From positions 224,001-288,000 of the forward strand of contig CAVVMW010000018.1 of assembly GCA_963749495.1 (NCBI GenBank): DNA of 64,000 nt, in the 5' to 3' direction. This DNA comes from an uncultured bacterium (GTDB lineage Bacteria; Verrucomicrobiota; Verrucomicrobiia; Limisphaerales; UBA8199). Positions 41,451 through 53,948 of the stretch are shown here, piece after piece; the first letter of the stretch is position 1, and each line of letters starts with the position of its first letter. The notes beneath the pieces are model-generated. The model was not told the origin of the DNA, ran no database searches, and saw only the letters and a list, made by a program, of their open reading frames with translations. The position numbers and the translations under genes were made by a program.

Positions 41451-43697
41451 ATGACACTACTGCGCCAGATCTTGATGCCGATGGTTGCCTTCGGGCTGGT
41501 CGCGGCGGGCGCGGTCGTGCGGGCGCAGCCGGTGCAGGAGTGGATTCACGTGGAGCCGCTGGGGACCGAGGCGGGGCGCCATGTCGAATACAACTACGAG
41601 ACCGGCCAGTGGATCGGCACCAACGGCGTCATCGTCCGCTACCCCTACGGCAACGCGGTGCTGACCGCCGAGGTGGCGGCGGTGGACGAGGAGACGGGCG
41701 AGGTGACGGCCGACGGACACGTGCGCATCCTGCGGGACGAGCAGATCTGGGTGAGCGAGCACGTGCAGTATAACTTCTTCACCCGGCTCATCCAGGCCAA
41801 GCAGTTCCGCACCGGCAAGCCCCCGGTCTTCGCCTCCGGCCAGGGCCTGCACGCGGACGTCACCAACCGGGTCTATGCCGCCACCAACGCCGTCATCACC
41901 ACCGATGATTTGAAGCAACCGGGCGTCAAGCTCCATGCCAAGTACATCGAGATCATCCCCGGCCAGCGGGTCAAGGCGCGGGGCGCCACGCTCTACGTGG
42001 AGGGCGTGCCGGTCTTCTATTTCCCGTATTACTCGCGCACCCTGGGCGAACGGTCCAACAATTTCAATTTCCTTCCGGGCTACCGGAGCATCTTCGGGCC
42101 TTATTTGCTGGCGAGCTACAACTGGTTTTGGGGCGAGGACCTGGACGGGCGCCTGCACCTGGATGCCTACGAACGCCGCGGCGTGGGCCTCGGCCCGGAC
42201 GCCCACTACCATCTGGGCCGGTGGGGCGACGCCACCTTCCGCTATTATTACCTCCATGACCTCGACCCCGAGGCGGGCACGACCAACGCCGGCATCCAGA
42301 ACGCCACCATCCCCGAAAACCGCCAGCGGGTCTATGCCTCCTACCTGGCCAATCCCGCCACCAACTTCACCGTCCGCTCCCTGGTTCGTTACCAGGGCGA
42401 CACGAACATCATCCGCGAGTTTTTCGAAAGCGAGTACCGTCAAAACCCCCAGCCCAACACGTTCGTGGAGGCCAACAAGTTCTGGCGGAACTTCAGCCTC
42501 GACGGTTACGTGCAGCCGCGCGTCAACAACTTCCTGGAGACGGTCGAGCGGCTGCCGGACGTGCGGTTGACCGGCTATCGCCAGCAGTTGGGCAGCTCGC
42601 CTTTTTATTACGAAAGCGAGAGCTCGCTCGGCTACTACCGGCACCTCTTCGCCGAGAGCAACTCGCTGCCCACCGGCATCGATTATGCCGCCGCACGGGG
42701 CGACACCTACCACGAGGTGGTGGCGCCGGAGACCTTCTTCGGCTGGCTCAACGTGACGCCGCGCGTGGGCGGGCGGTTTACCTATTACAGCGACTCGTCC
42801 GGCCCCGGGGCGCGCTGGGACGAGGAGACTCGCGGGATCTTCAACACCGGCGCGGAGGTCTCGTTCAAGGCCTCGCGGGCCTGGCCGGCGCTCCACAACG
42901 ATTTCCTGGATGTCGACGGGCTGCGCCACATCATCGTGCCTTCGGTCAATTACGTGTTCGTCCCCAGGCCCAACGTGACGCCCAACCAGTTGCCCCAGTT
43001 CGACTCCATCCTGCCCAGCCTGGAACTGCTGCCGCTGGAGTTCCCGCAATTCAATGCCATCGACCAGGTCGATGCCCGCAACGTGGTGCGCCTGGGCCTG
43101 GGCAACAAACTCCAGACCAAACGCGATGGCGCCGTTGTCGACCTCCTCCAATGGCAACTCTATACCGACTGGCGCCTGGAGCAGTCGCTGGACCAGACCA
43201 ACCTCACTCGCTTCTCGGACATCTATTCGGACCTGGCGTTCAAGCCGCGCTCGTGGCTCACGCTCGAATCCAAGACCCGGTACGATGTGGCCGATGGCGT
43301 CTGGCGGATGATGTTCCACACGCTGACACTGGAGCCCAGCAGCACCTGGAGTTGGAGCGTCGGGCACTTCTATTTGCACAGCGACGACATCGGCCAGCCG
43401 ACCGGCCTTGGCGTGGGCAACAATCTCTTCATGAACACCCTCTACTTCCGGCTCAACGAAGACTGGGGCCTGCGCGCCTCGCATTATTTCGAGGCGCGCA
43501 CGGGCATCCTCCAGGAGCAGGCCTACACGGTCTATCGCGATATGAGGAGTTGGACCGCCGCCTTGACCTTCCGCGTCCGCGAAAGCCCCGGCGGCCCCCA
43601 GGACCTCACCGTGGCCTTCAGCTTCTCGCTCAAGGCCATGCCGCGCTACGGCCTGGGCAGCGACACGCGCCTGCCTTACTCGCTGTGGGGGGGGTAG
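41451..43697 (+). CDS. lptD: LPS-assembly outer-membrane protein
   Basis: N-terminal jellyroll, GVPVFYFPY, ERLPD, LRHIIVPSVNY, aromatic-rich beta barrel. Confidence 0.85.
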   Translation: MTLLRQILMPMVAFGLVAAGAVVRAQPVQEWIHVEPLGTEAGRHVEYNYETGQWIGTNGVIVRYPYGNAVLTAEVAAVDEETGEVTADGHVRILRDEQIWVSEHVQYNFFTRLIQAKQFRTGKPPVFASGQGLHADVTNRVYAATNAVITTDDLKQPGVKLHAKYIEIIPGQRVKARGATLYVEGVPVFYFPYYSRTLGERSNNFNFLPGYRSIFGPYLLASYNWFWGEDLDGRLHLDAYERRGVGLGPDAHYHLGRWGDATFRYYYLHDLDPEAGTTNAGIQNATIPENRQRVYASYLANPATNFTVRSLVRYQGDTNIIREFFESEYRQNPQPNTFVEANKFWRNFSLDGYVQPRVNNFLETVERLPDVRLTGYRQQLGSSPFYYESESSLGYYRHLFAESNSLPTGIDYAAARGDTYHEVVAPETFFGWLNVTPRVGGRFTYYSDSSGPGARWDEETRGIFNTGAEVSFKASRAWPALHNDFLDVDGLRHIIVPSVNYVFVPRPNVTPNQLPQFDSILPSLELLPLEFPQFNAIDQVDARNVVRLGLGNKLQTKRDGAVVDLLQWQLYTDWRLEQSLDQTNLTRFSDIYSDLAFKPRSWLTLESKTRYDVADGVWRMMFHTLTLEPSSTWSWSVGHFYLHSDDIGQPTGLGVGNNLFMNTLYFRLNEDWGLRASHYFEARTGILQEQAYTVYRDMRSWTAALTFRVRESPGGPQDLTVAFSFSLKAMPRYGLGSDTRLPYSLWGG

Positions 43698-43885
43698 CGT
43701 AAAGGGTCGAGGGTCGAGGGTCGAGGGTCGAGGGAGCCCGGCGGGGTTGCCCCCCCTCCCTCGTCCCTCGCCCCTCGTCCCTCGTCCCTCGCCCCTCGCC
43801 CCTCGCCCCTCGACACTCCTTTCTGGACACCGCCAACGGCTGTGGTAATTATCTTTGCCGTTGGCAGCGCAGCGAAGACACCATT

Positions 43886-45421
43886 ATGAGAACTCTTTTG
43901 CTCGGCATTGACAGCGGCACCCAATCCACGAAGGTCCTGGTGGTGGACGCGCGGGATGGGAAGGTCCTTTCCTCGGCCGCCCAGGAGTACGATTTGATTC
44001 CCAACCTGCCGCCCGGGGCCAAGGAACAGCACCCGCACACCTGGCGCGAGGCCTCGGCCAGCGCCATTCGCCGCGCGTTGCGCCAGGCCAAGGCCGTCGC
44101 CTCCGAGGTCAAGGCCATCGGTGTCAGCGGCCAGCAGCACGGCTTTGTGCCCCTGGACGCCAAGGGCGAGGTCATCCGCCCCGCCAAGCTGTGGTGCGAC
44201 ACCTCGACCGCTGCCGAGTGCGGCGAGATCATGGAAAAGCTCGGCGGCTTGAGATGCGCCGTCAAGGCCCTGGGCAATGCCGTCCTGCCCGGGTTCACCG
44301 CCTCCAAGATTCTCTGGCTCAAGAAGCACGAGCCGGAGAATTACGCCCGCCTGGCCACCGTGCTTCTGCCGCACGATTACCTGAATTTCTGGCTCACGGG
44401 AAAGAAGCTGATGGAGTACGGCGACGCCAGCGGCACGGCGCTGCTGGACGTGCGCAAGCGCCAGTGGTCCGAGGCGGTCCTCGACGCCATCGATCCGGGT
44501 CTGCGGGGCAAGCTGCCGCCGCTGATCGCCAGCGATCGACCCGCCGGCGCGCTCCAGCCCAGCACTGCCAAGTTCCTCGACCTCAACCCCGGCATCCTTG
44601 TCAGCGCCGGCGGCGGAGACAACATGATGGGCGCCATCGGCACCGGCAACACCCGCCCGGGCGTCATCACTGCCAGCTTCGGCACCAGCGGCACCATCTA
44701 TGCCTGCGCTCAGAAGCCCGTCGTCGATCCCAAGGGCGAAATCGCCGCCTTCTGCGACTCCACCAACCGCTGGCTGCCCTTGCTCTGCACCATGAACGTG
44801 ACCGTGGCCACCGAGATGGTCCGCGAGTTCTTCGCCTGGTCTCACGAAAAATACACCGCCGAATCGGCCCGCGTCCCCGCCGGCTCGGAGGGCCTGCTGC
44901 TGCTGCCCTACTTCGAGGGCGAGCGCACCCCCAATGTGCCCGAGGGCACGGGCGTCTGGTTCGGCGTCAACAAACGGACCTTCGAGGCGGGCCACTTCGC
45001 CCGCGCCGCCATGGAGGGCGTCACGCTGGGGATGAACTATGGGTTGCAGCGCCTAACCCAACTGGGCGTCCAACCCACCCAGATCCGCGCCACCGGCGGG
45101 GGCGCCCGCTCCAAAGTCTGGCGCCAGGTCATGGCCGATATCTTCAACGCGGAGGTCGTCACGTTGAAGGTCGGCGAGGGGGCCGCCTACGGCGCGGCCC
45201 TGCAGGCCCTCTGGTGCTGGCGCCTCCAGCAAGGCGAGAAGGTCGCCATCAACGAAATCACCGACCAGTTCGTCGAGGTCAATCCCGCCGAGACCACGGT
45301 CCCCGACTCCAAGCACGCCAAGGTCTATCACCAGTTGCAGGAGGTGCAGAACCAGATGTCCACCGCCCTGCTCAAGGTCTTCAAGCAGCACCGGCAGTTC
45401 TTATTGGGCCAGTCCACATAG
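43886..45421 (+). CDS. xylB: Xylulokinase
   Basis: GIDSGTQSTK, GVSGQQHG, GGGDN, GERTP, GGGARS. Confidence 0.9.
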   Translation: MRTLLLGIDSGTQSTKVLVVDARDGKVLSSAAQEYDLIPNLPPGAKEQHPHTWREASASAIRRALRQAKAVASEVKAIGVSGQQHGFVPLDAKGEVIRPAKLWCDTSTAAECGEIMEKLGGLRCAVKALGNAVLPGFTASKILWLKKHEPENYARLATVLLPHDYLNFWLTGKKLMEYGDASGTALLDVRKRQWSEAVLDAIDPGLRGKLPPLIASDRPAGALQPSTAKFLDLNPGILVSAGGGDNMMGAIGTGNTRPGVITASFGTSGTIYACAQKPVVDPKGEIAAFCDSTNRWLPLLCTMNVTVATEMVREFFAWSHEKYTAESARVPAGSEGLLLLPYFEGERTPNVPEGTGVWFGVNKRTFEAGHFARAAMEGVTLGMNYGLQRLTQLGVQPTQIRATGGGARSKVWRQVMADIFNAEVVTLKVGEGAAYGAALQALWCWRLQQGEKVAINEITDQFVEVNPAETTVPDSKHAKVYHQLQEVQNQMSTALLKVFKQHRQFLLGQST

Positions 45422-45460
45422 ATTTGACCCTCCCCCGTTTTGGCATAGATTGAAGGGCTA

Positions 45461-46660
45461 GTGAGTTTTGCCACTGAATTCGATTCGTTGCCGCTGGCCG
45501 CTTTGCTGAAACGCTCGCTGAGCGCCTCGACTGGCGCGGTGCGCCAGAGCCTGGAAAGACCAAAGCCCGGCCTGAGCGATTTTGCCCATTTGATCTCGCC
45601 GGCGGGCGCCGAGTCGCTCGAGGCCATGGGGCGGCGCTCACAGCAACTGACCCGCCAGCGGTTCGGCAGGGTCATCCGGCTCTTTGCCCCGCTCTACCTC
45701 TCCAACGAGTGCATCAACAACTGCAAGTATTGCGGCTTTTCGCGTGACAACGCGATTATGCGGGTGACGTTGTCGGTCCAGGAGGTGCTGCGCGAGGGGC
45801 GGGCGCTGATGCAGCAGGGGTTCCGCAACATATTGCTGGTGGCGGGGGAGCACCCCAAATTCGTGTCCAACACATACTTGCGCGAGTGTGTGGCGGCGCT
45901 GCACGCGGAGGTGCCGAGCCTCTCGCTGGAGATCGGGCCGATGGAGACGGAGGATTACCGGCCGCTGGTGGCGGCGGGCGCGGACGGGTTGGTGGTTTAC
46001 CAGGAGAGCTACGACCGCGCCGTCTATGCGCAGATGCACACTGCGGGCCCGAAACGGAACTTTGACTGGCGCCTGGAGACGCCGGAACGGGCCTACGCGG
46101 CGGGCTTTCGGCGGCTGGGCATCAGCCCGCTCTACGGCCTGGCGGACTGGCGCTACGAGGCGATGAGCCTGGCGGCCCATGCGCAGTACCTGCTGCGCCG
46201 GTGCTGGAAGGCCTCGGTGACGATCTCGCTCACCCGGCTGCGCCCGTGCGCCGGCGACTTCCAGCCCTTGACCCACCTGTCCGACCGCGACCTGGTCCAA
46301 CTCACGTGCGCGTTGCGGCTGATGTTCCCCGACGCGGGCCTGGTGCTCTCGACTCGAGAATCGCCCCGGATGCGCAACGGCCTGATCCCGCTGGGCGTCA
46401 CCTTGATGAGCGCCGGCAGCCATACCGAACCGGGCGGCTACACCGGGGCGGGCCGGGACAACCTCCACCAGACCGTGCGCGGGCGCATCATGCCGGCCGC
46501 CGCCGCGTCCAGCCAGTGGGCCCCCTTGCAGCCCGCGGCCAGTGCCACCGAACAGTTCAGCGTCGGCGATACCCGCTCGCCCCGCGAGGTGGCAGACCTG
46601 ATCCGCGGACTGGGCTATGAGCCGGTGTGGAAAGACTGGGATGCGGCGCTGACTGCGTGA
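45461..46660 (+). CDS. thiH: 2-iminoacetate synthase (radical SAM)
   Basis: FAPLYLSNECINNCKYCGFS, YQE.Y, LSTRE, SAGSHTEPGGY. Confidence 0.95.
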   Translation: MSFATEFDSLPLAALLKRSLSASTGAVRQSLERPKPGLSDFAHLISPAGAESLEAMGRRSQQLTRQRFGRVIRLFAPLYLSNECINNCKYCGFSRDNAIMRVTLSVQEVLREGRALMQQGFRNILLVAGEHPKFVSNTYLRECVAALHAEVPSLSLEIGPMETEDYRPLVAAGADGLVVYQESYDRAVYAQMHTAGPKRNFDWRLETPERAYAAGFRRLGISPLYGLADWRYEAMSLAAHAQYLLRRCWKASVTISLTRLRPCAGDFQPLTHLSDRDLVQLTCALRLMFPDAGLVLSTRESPRMRNGLIPLGVTLMSAGSHTEPGGYTGAGRDNLHQTVRGRIMPAAAASSQWAPLQPAASATEQFSVGDTRSPREVADLIRGLGYEPVWKDWDAALTA

Positions 46661-46673
46661 ACCCAATGGAACT

Positions 46674-46883
46674 GTGAACCCAGGCTCCGTCATCGCCAAC
46701 GGCCGGCCCGTCGAGGCCACCCTGCCCTGCTCGATCGAGGAGTTCCTGCTGGCCCAGAAACTCTTGCCCAGGAGCGTGGTCGTCGAACATAACGGCGAGG
46801 CGGTCGCGCCCTCCGAGTTTGCCAAGCGCCAGGTCCGCCCCGGCGACCGCCTCGAGATCGTCCGCATCGTCGCCGGCGGGTGA
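46674..46883 (+). CDS. thiS: Sulfur carrier protein
   Basis: VVVEHNGE...GDRLEIVRIVAGG C-terminus. Confidence 0.92.
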   Translation: MNPGSVIANGRPVEATLPCSIEEFLLAQKLLPRSVVVEHNGEAVAPSEFAKRQVRPGDRLEIVRIVAGG

Positions 46884-47317
46884 GGGGCAGAGCCGAAACC
46901 GGCAGAAAAATGGTCTGTTCCACTTTTTCTGGGTCTGAGACAGAATTCTTATTGGAGCTCCAGATTGCAGCTCTCAGAGATGACCTGGCTCTTTGATCCT
47001 TCGTTTCCTTCGTTTCCTTCTGTTCTTTTCCAGCGTCCCACCGGCTGGGCACAGGAACAGAACAGAAGGAAACGGAGGAAACGAAGAGCCGGCCGGATGG
47101 GCGGCATCGTTCTGGTCCATGCCAGTTCGTATCTGGGTTTCTAAAGACGCTCTGTGGTGAAAGCCCAGCAAAATCCATTTTGTGAAGATTTCCGTCCTAC
47201 ACCCTATTTTCCTGTTGCCGGCAGGATTGCCTGGATGAACCCATCGGTCCGGTTTGCACGCTGCGCCGGCATGAGGGATTATTGTCGTGAGCCCGGGTTT
47301 GAGCCTATGTCACGAAA

Positions 47318-47949
<632 letters not shown>

Positions 47950-47953
<4 letters not shown>

Positions 47954-48246
47954 TACGAGTTCTGCTCCCGGTTCATTTGCGGCGGCTGGCGGGAGTGGAG
48001 GGCGAAGTGCAACTCCAGGTCGAGCCCCCGGCCACGCTCGCCTCGGTCCTCACTGCAATCGAGGCCCGGTTCCCGGTCCTGCGCGGGACCATCCGCGACC
48101 ATGACACGCTGCGCCGCCGCCCCTTCGTGAGGTTCTTCGCCTGCGAGCAGGATCTGTCCCTGGACCCGCCGGATACCCCGTTGCCCGGCCCCATCGCAGC
48201 CGGCGCCGAGCCCTTCCTGATCGTCGGCGCCATGGCCGGGGGATGA
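47950..48246 (+). CDS. MoaD/ThiS family ubiquitin-like protein
   Basis: [14 protein letters not shown]-terminal AMAGG. Confidence 0.9.
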
Positions 48247-48283
48247 CGTGACGGACCCCGCGCGGCGTAGGGAAGCCCGCAAG

Positions 48284-48366
48284 GTTTTGGACTGCGCCAG
48301 TCCTCTGGCGCTTTCGCGTCCCCAGGGTCCGAAAAGCGCCAGAGGACTGGCGCAGTCCAAAACGCT
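48284..48366. repeat. REP-like inverted repeat
   Basis: TTTTGGACTGCGCCAGTCCTCTGGCGCTTT and inverse. Confidence 0.8.
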
Positions 48367-48520
48367 TCGCGAGTTTGGACGCGCGCTCCCATCGCCCGGT
48401 TCGGCCTGGCTCGGCAAAGATGCGATATGCCTCTGGACCTTGGCCCCCCTGTCCGGGGTTGCTCTGGCCCGGGGGTCTGGGCTACACTGCCGCCAATCGC
48501 AGAGCAACCACGCATCATTT

Positions 48521-49861
48521 ATGAAAGCACCCCGCAGAGATTTCCTGAAAACCACCGCTCTGGCGGCCTCCGCCGTCTCGATCCTGCCCCGGCACGTGCT
48601 GGGCGGGCCCGGTCAGAGTCCGCCGAGCCAGAAAGTCAACATCGCCGGGATTGGCGTGGGCGGGATGGGCGGAGCCAATCTGCAGGCCCTCGCCTCGCAA
48701 AACATCGTGGCGCTTTGCGACGTTGACCACGATTACGCGGCCCATACCTTCAGGCAATATCCCGATGCCAGGCTCTACACCGATTACCGCCAGATGCTGG
48801 ACAAGCAGAAGGACATCGAGGCGGTGGTCATTGCCACGCCAGACCACACGCACGCGCTGATTTCCATGGCGGCCATGAAGGCCGGCAAACATGTCTATTG
48901 CCAGAAACCGCTGACTCACGACGTGTATGAGGCCCGGATGCTGGCGCAGGCGGCGAAGGACCTGGGCGTGGTGACGCAGATGGGCATCCAGGGCCACTCG
49001 ACCGATGACCTGAGGACGATTTGCGAATGGATCTGGGACGGAGCCATCGGCGAGGTGCGCAACGTGGAGGCCTGGTGCAGCCTGACCTATTACCCTTGGG
49101 GGCACGAGGGCTGGAGTTCAAGCTGGGGCACCCGGCCCAAGGAGACACCGCCGGTGCCGGCGAAATTGGATTGGGACCTCTGGCTTGGCCCCGCCCCCTA
49201 CCGGCCCTACCATCGCGCGTATCATCCGACCACCTGGCGCTGCTGGTGGGACTTCGGCTGCGGCATGATGGGCGACCGCGGCGCCCACACCCTGGACGTG
49301 CCCAATTGGGCCTTGAAGCTGGGAGCACCCGACACGGTCGAGGCCACTTCCTGCGGCATGGATGCGGAGGTCCACCCGCTCTCGGCCATCGTCACGTTCC
49401 GTTTTCCCGCGCGCGAGAACCTGCCGCCCCTAAAACTCACCTGGTATGAAGGCACCCGGCCGCCACGTCCCCCTGAGATGGATGCAGACGTGCAATGGCC
49501 GGTCGAGGGGGGAACGCTCTTCAAAGGCAGCAAGGGCCTGCTCCTGTGCGGCGTCTATGGGAACGCGCCCAAGCTGCTGCCGCTCAGCCGGCACCTGGAC
49601 TATAAGCGCCCGCCCAGGACGCTGCCGCGCATAGCCGATCACTGCCACGAACTGGATTGGGTGCGCGCCATCCGCAGCGGCGGCCAGGCCAACGCCAGTT
49701 TCGCTTACTCCGGCCCGCTTACCGAGACCTGTCTCCTGGGCAACGTCGCACAACGCGTGGATGGCCCCATCGAGTGGGACGCCGCCAATCTGAAGGTGAA
49801 GAATTCCGAGGACGCAACCCGGCTCATCCGCACCCAATACCGGGCGGGCTGGAGCCTGTGA
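48521..49861 (+). CDS. Gfo/Idh/MocA oxidoreductase, Tat signal
   Basis: RRDFLK, GIGVGGMG, ATPDHTHA, YCQKPL. Confidence 0.92.
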   Translation: MKAPRRDFLKTTALAASAVSILPRHVLGGPGQSPPSQKVNIAGIGVGGMGGANLQALASQNIVALCDVDHDYAAHTFRQYPDARLYTDYRQMLDKQKDIEAVVIATPDHTHALISMAAMKAGKHVYCQKPLTHDVYEARMLAQAAKDLGVVTQMGIQGHSTDDLRTICEWIWDGAIGEVRNVEAWCSLTYYPWGHEGWSSSWGTRPKETPPVPAKLDWDLWLGPAPYRPYHRAYHPTTWRCWWDFGCGMMGDRGAHTLDVPNWALKLGAPDTVEATSCGMDAEVHPLSAIVTFRFPARENLPPLKLTWYEGTRPPRPPEMDADVQWPVEGGTLFKGSKGLLLCGVYGNAPKLLPLSRHLDYKRPPRTLPRIADHCHELDWVRAIRSGGQANASFAYSGPLTETCLLGNVAQRVDGPIEWDAANLKVKNSEDATRLIRTQYRAGWSL

Positions 49862-49871
49862 GGCCGCAGTG

Positions 49872-52800
49872 TCATTTGACCGCGGCCATGCGGATTGACT
49901 CCACGGCGAACTCGCCTCCGTCGGCGCCGTCGGCCGGGTCGAGGCGGATGCCGGTGATGGTTTTGCCGGCCCAGAGGGGATGCCGGCCGACTTCGAAGAC
50001 ATACTCGTTGAGGTCGGGGCCGGGCCTGAACGGCAAATGGATGGCTTTGTCCTCGGCCCAGTTCGGGCTGTCCTCGGTGGTCCAGTAGAGGGCGATGGCG
50101 GTGCCGGCAGCGGCCTGGGATTTGAGGGTGAGCGTGTCTTGGGGGCCGCCATGGACTCGCAACCGGGGGCGGTGCAGGTAAGCGTTGGAGCCGGTTGCCC
50201 GGCCCTTGAGCAGGCCGCCTTCCAGACGGAGGTCTTCGACCTGGTGGACGGGCGTCCAGCCCTCGATGCCGCGGGCGAAATCGAAGTCGATCGAGCTCAA
50301 GACGGCGGGAAGCAGGCTGCCGATTCGGTGCCTGGCACCGGGGATTTCCAGCCGATGCGGGCCGGGAGCAGGCACACGGATGGCCAGCAACCCTTGTTCA
50401 CCCAGGTACTGCCAGCCCTCTGCAGGGGCTTGCGGCAAACTGGAACCGTTGAGCAGGACGCGGCCGGGTTTGTCAAGGCCGGCCACCAGCACGCCGCCGC
50501 CTTCTCCCTCCGGGAAGCTGGCTTCAAAACTCAAAAGGCCGTCCTTCCAGTCGGCCTGGCTGAGCCGGGCGCGCGTGGTGATGCACACACGCTGGTCGCC
50601 GGTTCCGAGCATGGTGGTGGCCGGCTCGATGTCGCGCCCGAGAATCTTATAGATGTTCTTCGCTATCAGACCCGGTTCAAAGACCCAGGGGCATTTTGAC
50701 CAGTCCAGCGCGCTGAAGTTGTCGGGCCAAAGGGCCGCGTTCGGACCCTCGGTGTCCTGTTGGTAAAGGGCGCTGATCGTGATTCCCTCGGCAATCCGCC
50801 GCCAGGGAAAGGAACGGTCGTAGTCCGCCAGCTTCAACAGGGCGCTGGCGTAGCGCAGCCCATTCCACTGGACGGGTTGCCCGAGCCAGGAGCCGCCATA
50901 CCAGGAACCGCCGAAGATGGCAATCGAGGCATAACGAAGGATGGGCTTTCCCGGAGGATTCCATACATAGACAAACGGCAGGCCGGTCCAGGCCCAGCGG
51001 ACGGCCTCATCGAGGTAGTGCCTGTTGCCCGAACAACGATAGGCCTCGACCTCCGCGTCCACGGCATCGGCCGCCGCGAGAATATCGGGCGAGTGGACCG
51101 GGCATTCCCAGACCTGGGCGGCGCGCGGGACGGTAAACCGCTCGATAAAGGCCAACGGCTTGGCCGCCGCCCTGAAGACATCGGCGTCGCCGGTGAGTCG
51201 CGCCCACCGCAGCACTTCGCAGAGGTTGCGGGCACAGGTGCCGACTTCGACCGCCCGGTCCCGGCCGAGAAGCGAGTAGTCCATGCCCTTGAAGACCCCG
51301 CTGGTTTCCACTCGGGTCCTGAACCGCCATGACCCATCGGGCTCCATCGAATCCAGCAGCCCAAGGGCGGTTTGGCCCAGACCCGCAAGGCGCGGAACCG
51401 GGTCGGACCAAGTCAAACCCAAGTCGTCCCATTGCGGGCTGAACTGGCCCAACTTCTCGGCCAGCGCCGCCCGCTGGTTGCACCGCTGCCGGAGGTCTTC
51501 GTTTTGGGTGAGGCGTGCGATCATGCGGAGGCTGAAAGGCGAAATGGAGGGGCCGTGCTTTGGGACTCAAAAGGTCGCCTGCGCCTTTGGAAGTCCACCA
51601 TTGGCGCTCGGTGTCGATCCAGAGCGACTCCAGGAAGGCACGGGCGCTGAACTCAAGTTCCTTGAGGTAACTGCCCCGCGGGAGCGGCGCCGGGTCGGGC
51701 ACGCCAAAGGTCTCGAACCACCGCGGCAGACAGGCGATGGACTGCCGGGCTGGGGTCACACCCGCAATCCAGGCCTCCAGGCGCAGAGGCGTCCCCCTCT
51801 TGAACGGGTACGGAGCGGCGGCGGCTTCGAGCGCATTCGAGCTCGTCCATGCGGGCACCGACGGCAGGAACAACCCCATCAGGTGATTGTCCTGCCGCTC
51901 GATGAAATTGGGCGAGGCGAAGACTGCCGCCGGCTGGGCATGGTCGCCGTCCCATTTTTGCGAGCAGTCCCAGTAGAGCGCCAGGGCGGCGTTATCCCTG
52001 GAAAAGGCCATCAACGGCACAGTGATTTTGTTGGGGTGCGGCACGAAGCGGACATAGTAATCCGGATCGTGCATATCGAGATTGGACGACGAGGCCTCGT
52101 CGCCCACCAGCCATTCCAGGCCGCCGAACAGGGCATCGTCTTTGCGGGCGCCAAAGGTCCCCTCGCCCACGTGGAGAGTGGGCCCCTGGAAATGGACGAG
52201 CAACCCGTCGTGGTCCGGCACGGCTTCATAAACGAGCTTGACCCGGTCGTCGTTCGAGAGGACGAAGGAAAAACGGCAGTCCCACCGGGTGCCGGCCCCG
52301 TCGTCAAGCGAGCGGGTGAATTCGAGGCCGCACCCGCCGGGCCCGAGGTCCGCCGATTTGAATTGGCCGGCATAGATGAGCCGTCGGGACAACTGCGCGC
52401 CCCGCTTCACGACCAGGCAGGCTCAAATCGCTCGCTACGGCCATCCGCGTCCATCTGTTGGACTGATTGACATCCACCGCGAACACGCCGTAGCCGAAAT
52501 CATTGGTCGGGAAGACAAAGCGCAGATGGCCGTTGCCCAGCAGCAGGGCGTCGCCCGCGCGGGTGAGGCTCGGCCGCTTAAAGACAGCCCCGTCCATGGG
52601 GATAGGCCTGGCCACGACCACCTTGGCGAGCTTGGACGCCGTCTCGACCCCTTCGAAGACAGCGCGCACGCTGATTTCTGACGCCAGAGCGGCTCTGGGC
52701 AGGAGCGTCCATTCCAGGATGGCCGGTTTGTTCCGCCGGACCCCCGGCAACCGGACTGCCGCCTCACCGGTGAGCAGGCCCAAACCTTCCGGCAGCTCGA

Positions 52801-53638
52801 ACTGGACAGTGCCCGCGGGCAGCGGCCGGCCACCCGTGTTGGCCACCTCGCAGGTGACAGCGAAGGGCCTTCCAATCTCCAGCACCGGTCGGGGCACTTT
52901 GAGGGAGAGCGACAACTGGGAAGGAAACAAGTCCTGGATCTCGTCCTCGCTCAAGGCACGGTCATAAATTTTGACCTCGGCGATGGCGCCGATGAATTGC
53001 TCGCCGATTCGGAATCGAGGCGCGTCGAGCGTCGGGCTCCCGGTCCTGGCCCGGTCGGTTTTTCTGCCGTCCAGCCACAGGTGCAGGCCAGCCTGGTCCC
53101 GGACGGCGACAACCTGGTGCCACTTGGAGGGTTCGGGAACGCTGGCCTGGACGCGCGGTTCGGGATTGCCATCGATGAAGGCGAAGAAAGAGAGCCTGCC
53201 TCCCTCCGGGGGGTTATCCAGGCGCAGGAGATAGCCACCCGGGAATTCGAGGATGTGCTTGTAAGTGTTGGGTCGCTCATCGGCCGGACAAATCAGGGCC
53301 TCAATCGTCATGGCGCCCTGGAGCCTGCTGGTTTGTTGGAAAGGCACCTCGACAAACGAACTCCCGTCGAAGGCCAGCGCCTTTCCTGAAGGCCCCTCGA
53401 CCCATTTTGCCGCGCCATGAATCACTCCGTCGTAACCGTGCCCTGAAACATCGTGCATGACGCTCCCCGTGCCTTCGCTCAACCTCCACCAGCCCAACGG
53501 CCCCGGTGCATTGGACAGGGCTGGCGCCGGCGGCGCCTCGGGCCCTGCCGCGCCAGCCTCGCCCCCGCTCGCCCGGAGGCAGGCCGCTCCCATTACGGCT
53601 GCCCAGAAGCAAACGGTGAGGGTTGAGGTTCGGGGCAT
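49872..53638 (-). CDS. Large secreted LamG-domain protein, possible carbohydrate-active enzyme; frameshifts ~52420 and ~51530
   Basis: Signal peptide, LamG (WRLSEG..DVSG..ALAFDG..YDRALS), Ig-like, helical domain, C-terminal IRLDP domain across three ORFs. Confidence 0.7.
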
Positions 53639-53948
53639 CTGGCGGTTCATTTCTTGGTTCGGCGCGCGCATTCGTCGAGCATCCTCATCCGTGCCGGCCC
53701 CTTCCAGCAAAATCAATGCGCGGCGAATCGGTCAGTGAAGGCGGCGACGGAGTGCCCGGCGAACCCCTCACCCCGGCCCTCTCCCCTTCCGAAGGGGAGA
53801 GGGAGAAGTGTCGGCAGTCTCTGGGAATTCCAGGCGTCTCGGATTCCTCAAGCCGCTGCCGAGAATCCTCCCTCGCCCCATCCGATGGGGAGAGGGCCGG
53901 GGTGAGGGGCGTTGCGGGCAGAGTTCCACCTTGAAAGCGAGAATCGAA

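Noticed and set aside
45421..45461. TPP riboswitch upstream of thiH
   Set aside because: Only 40 nt intergenic and no GCTGAGA/CCTGAT core
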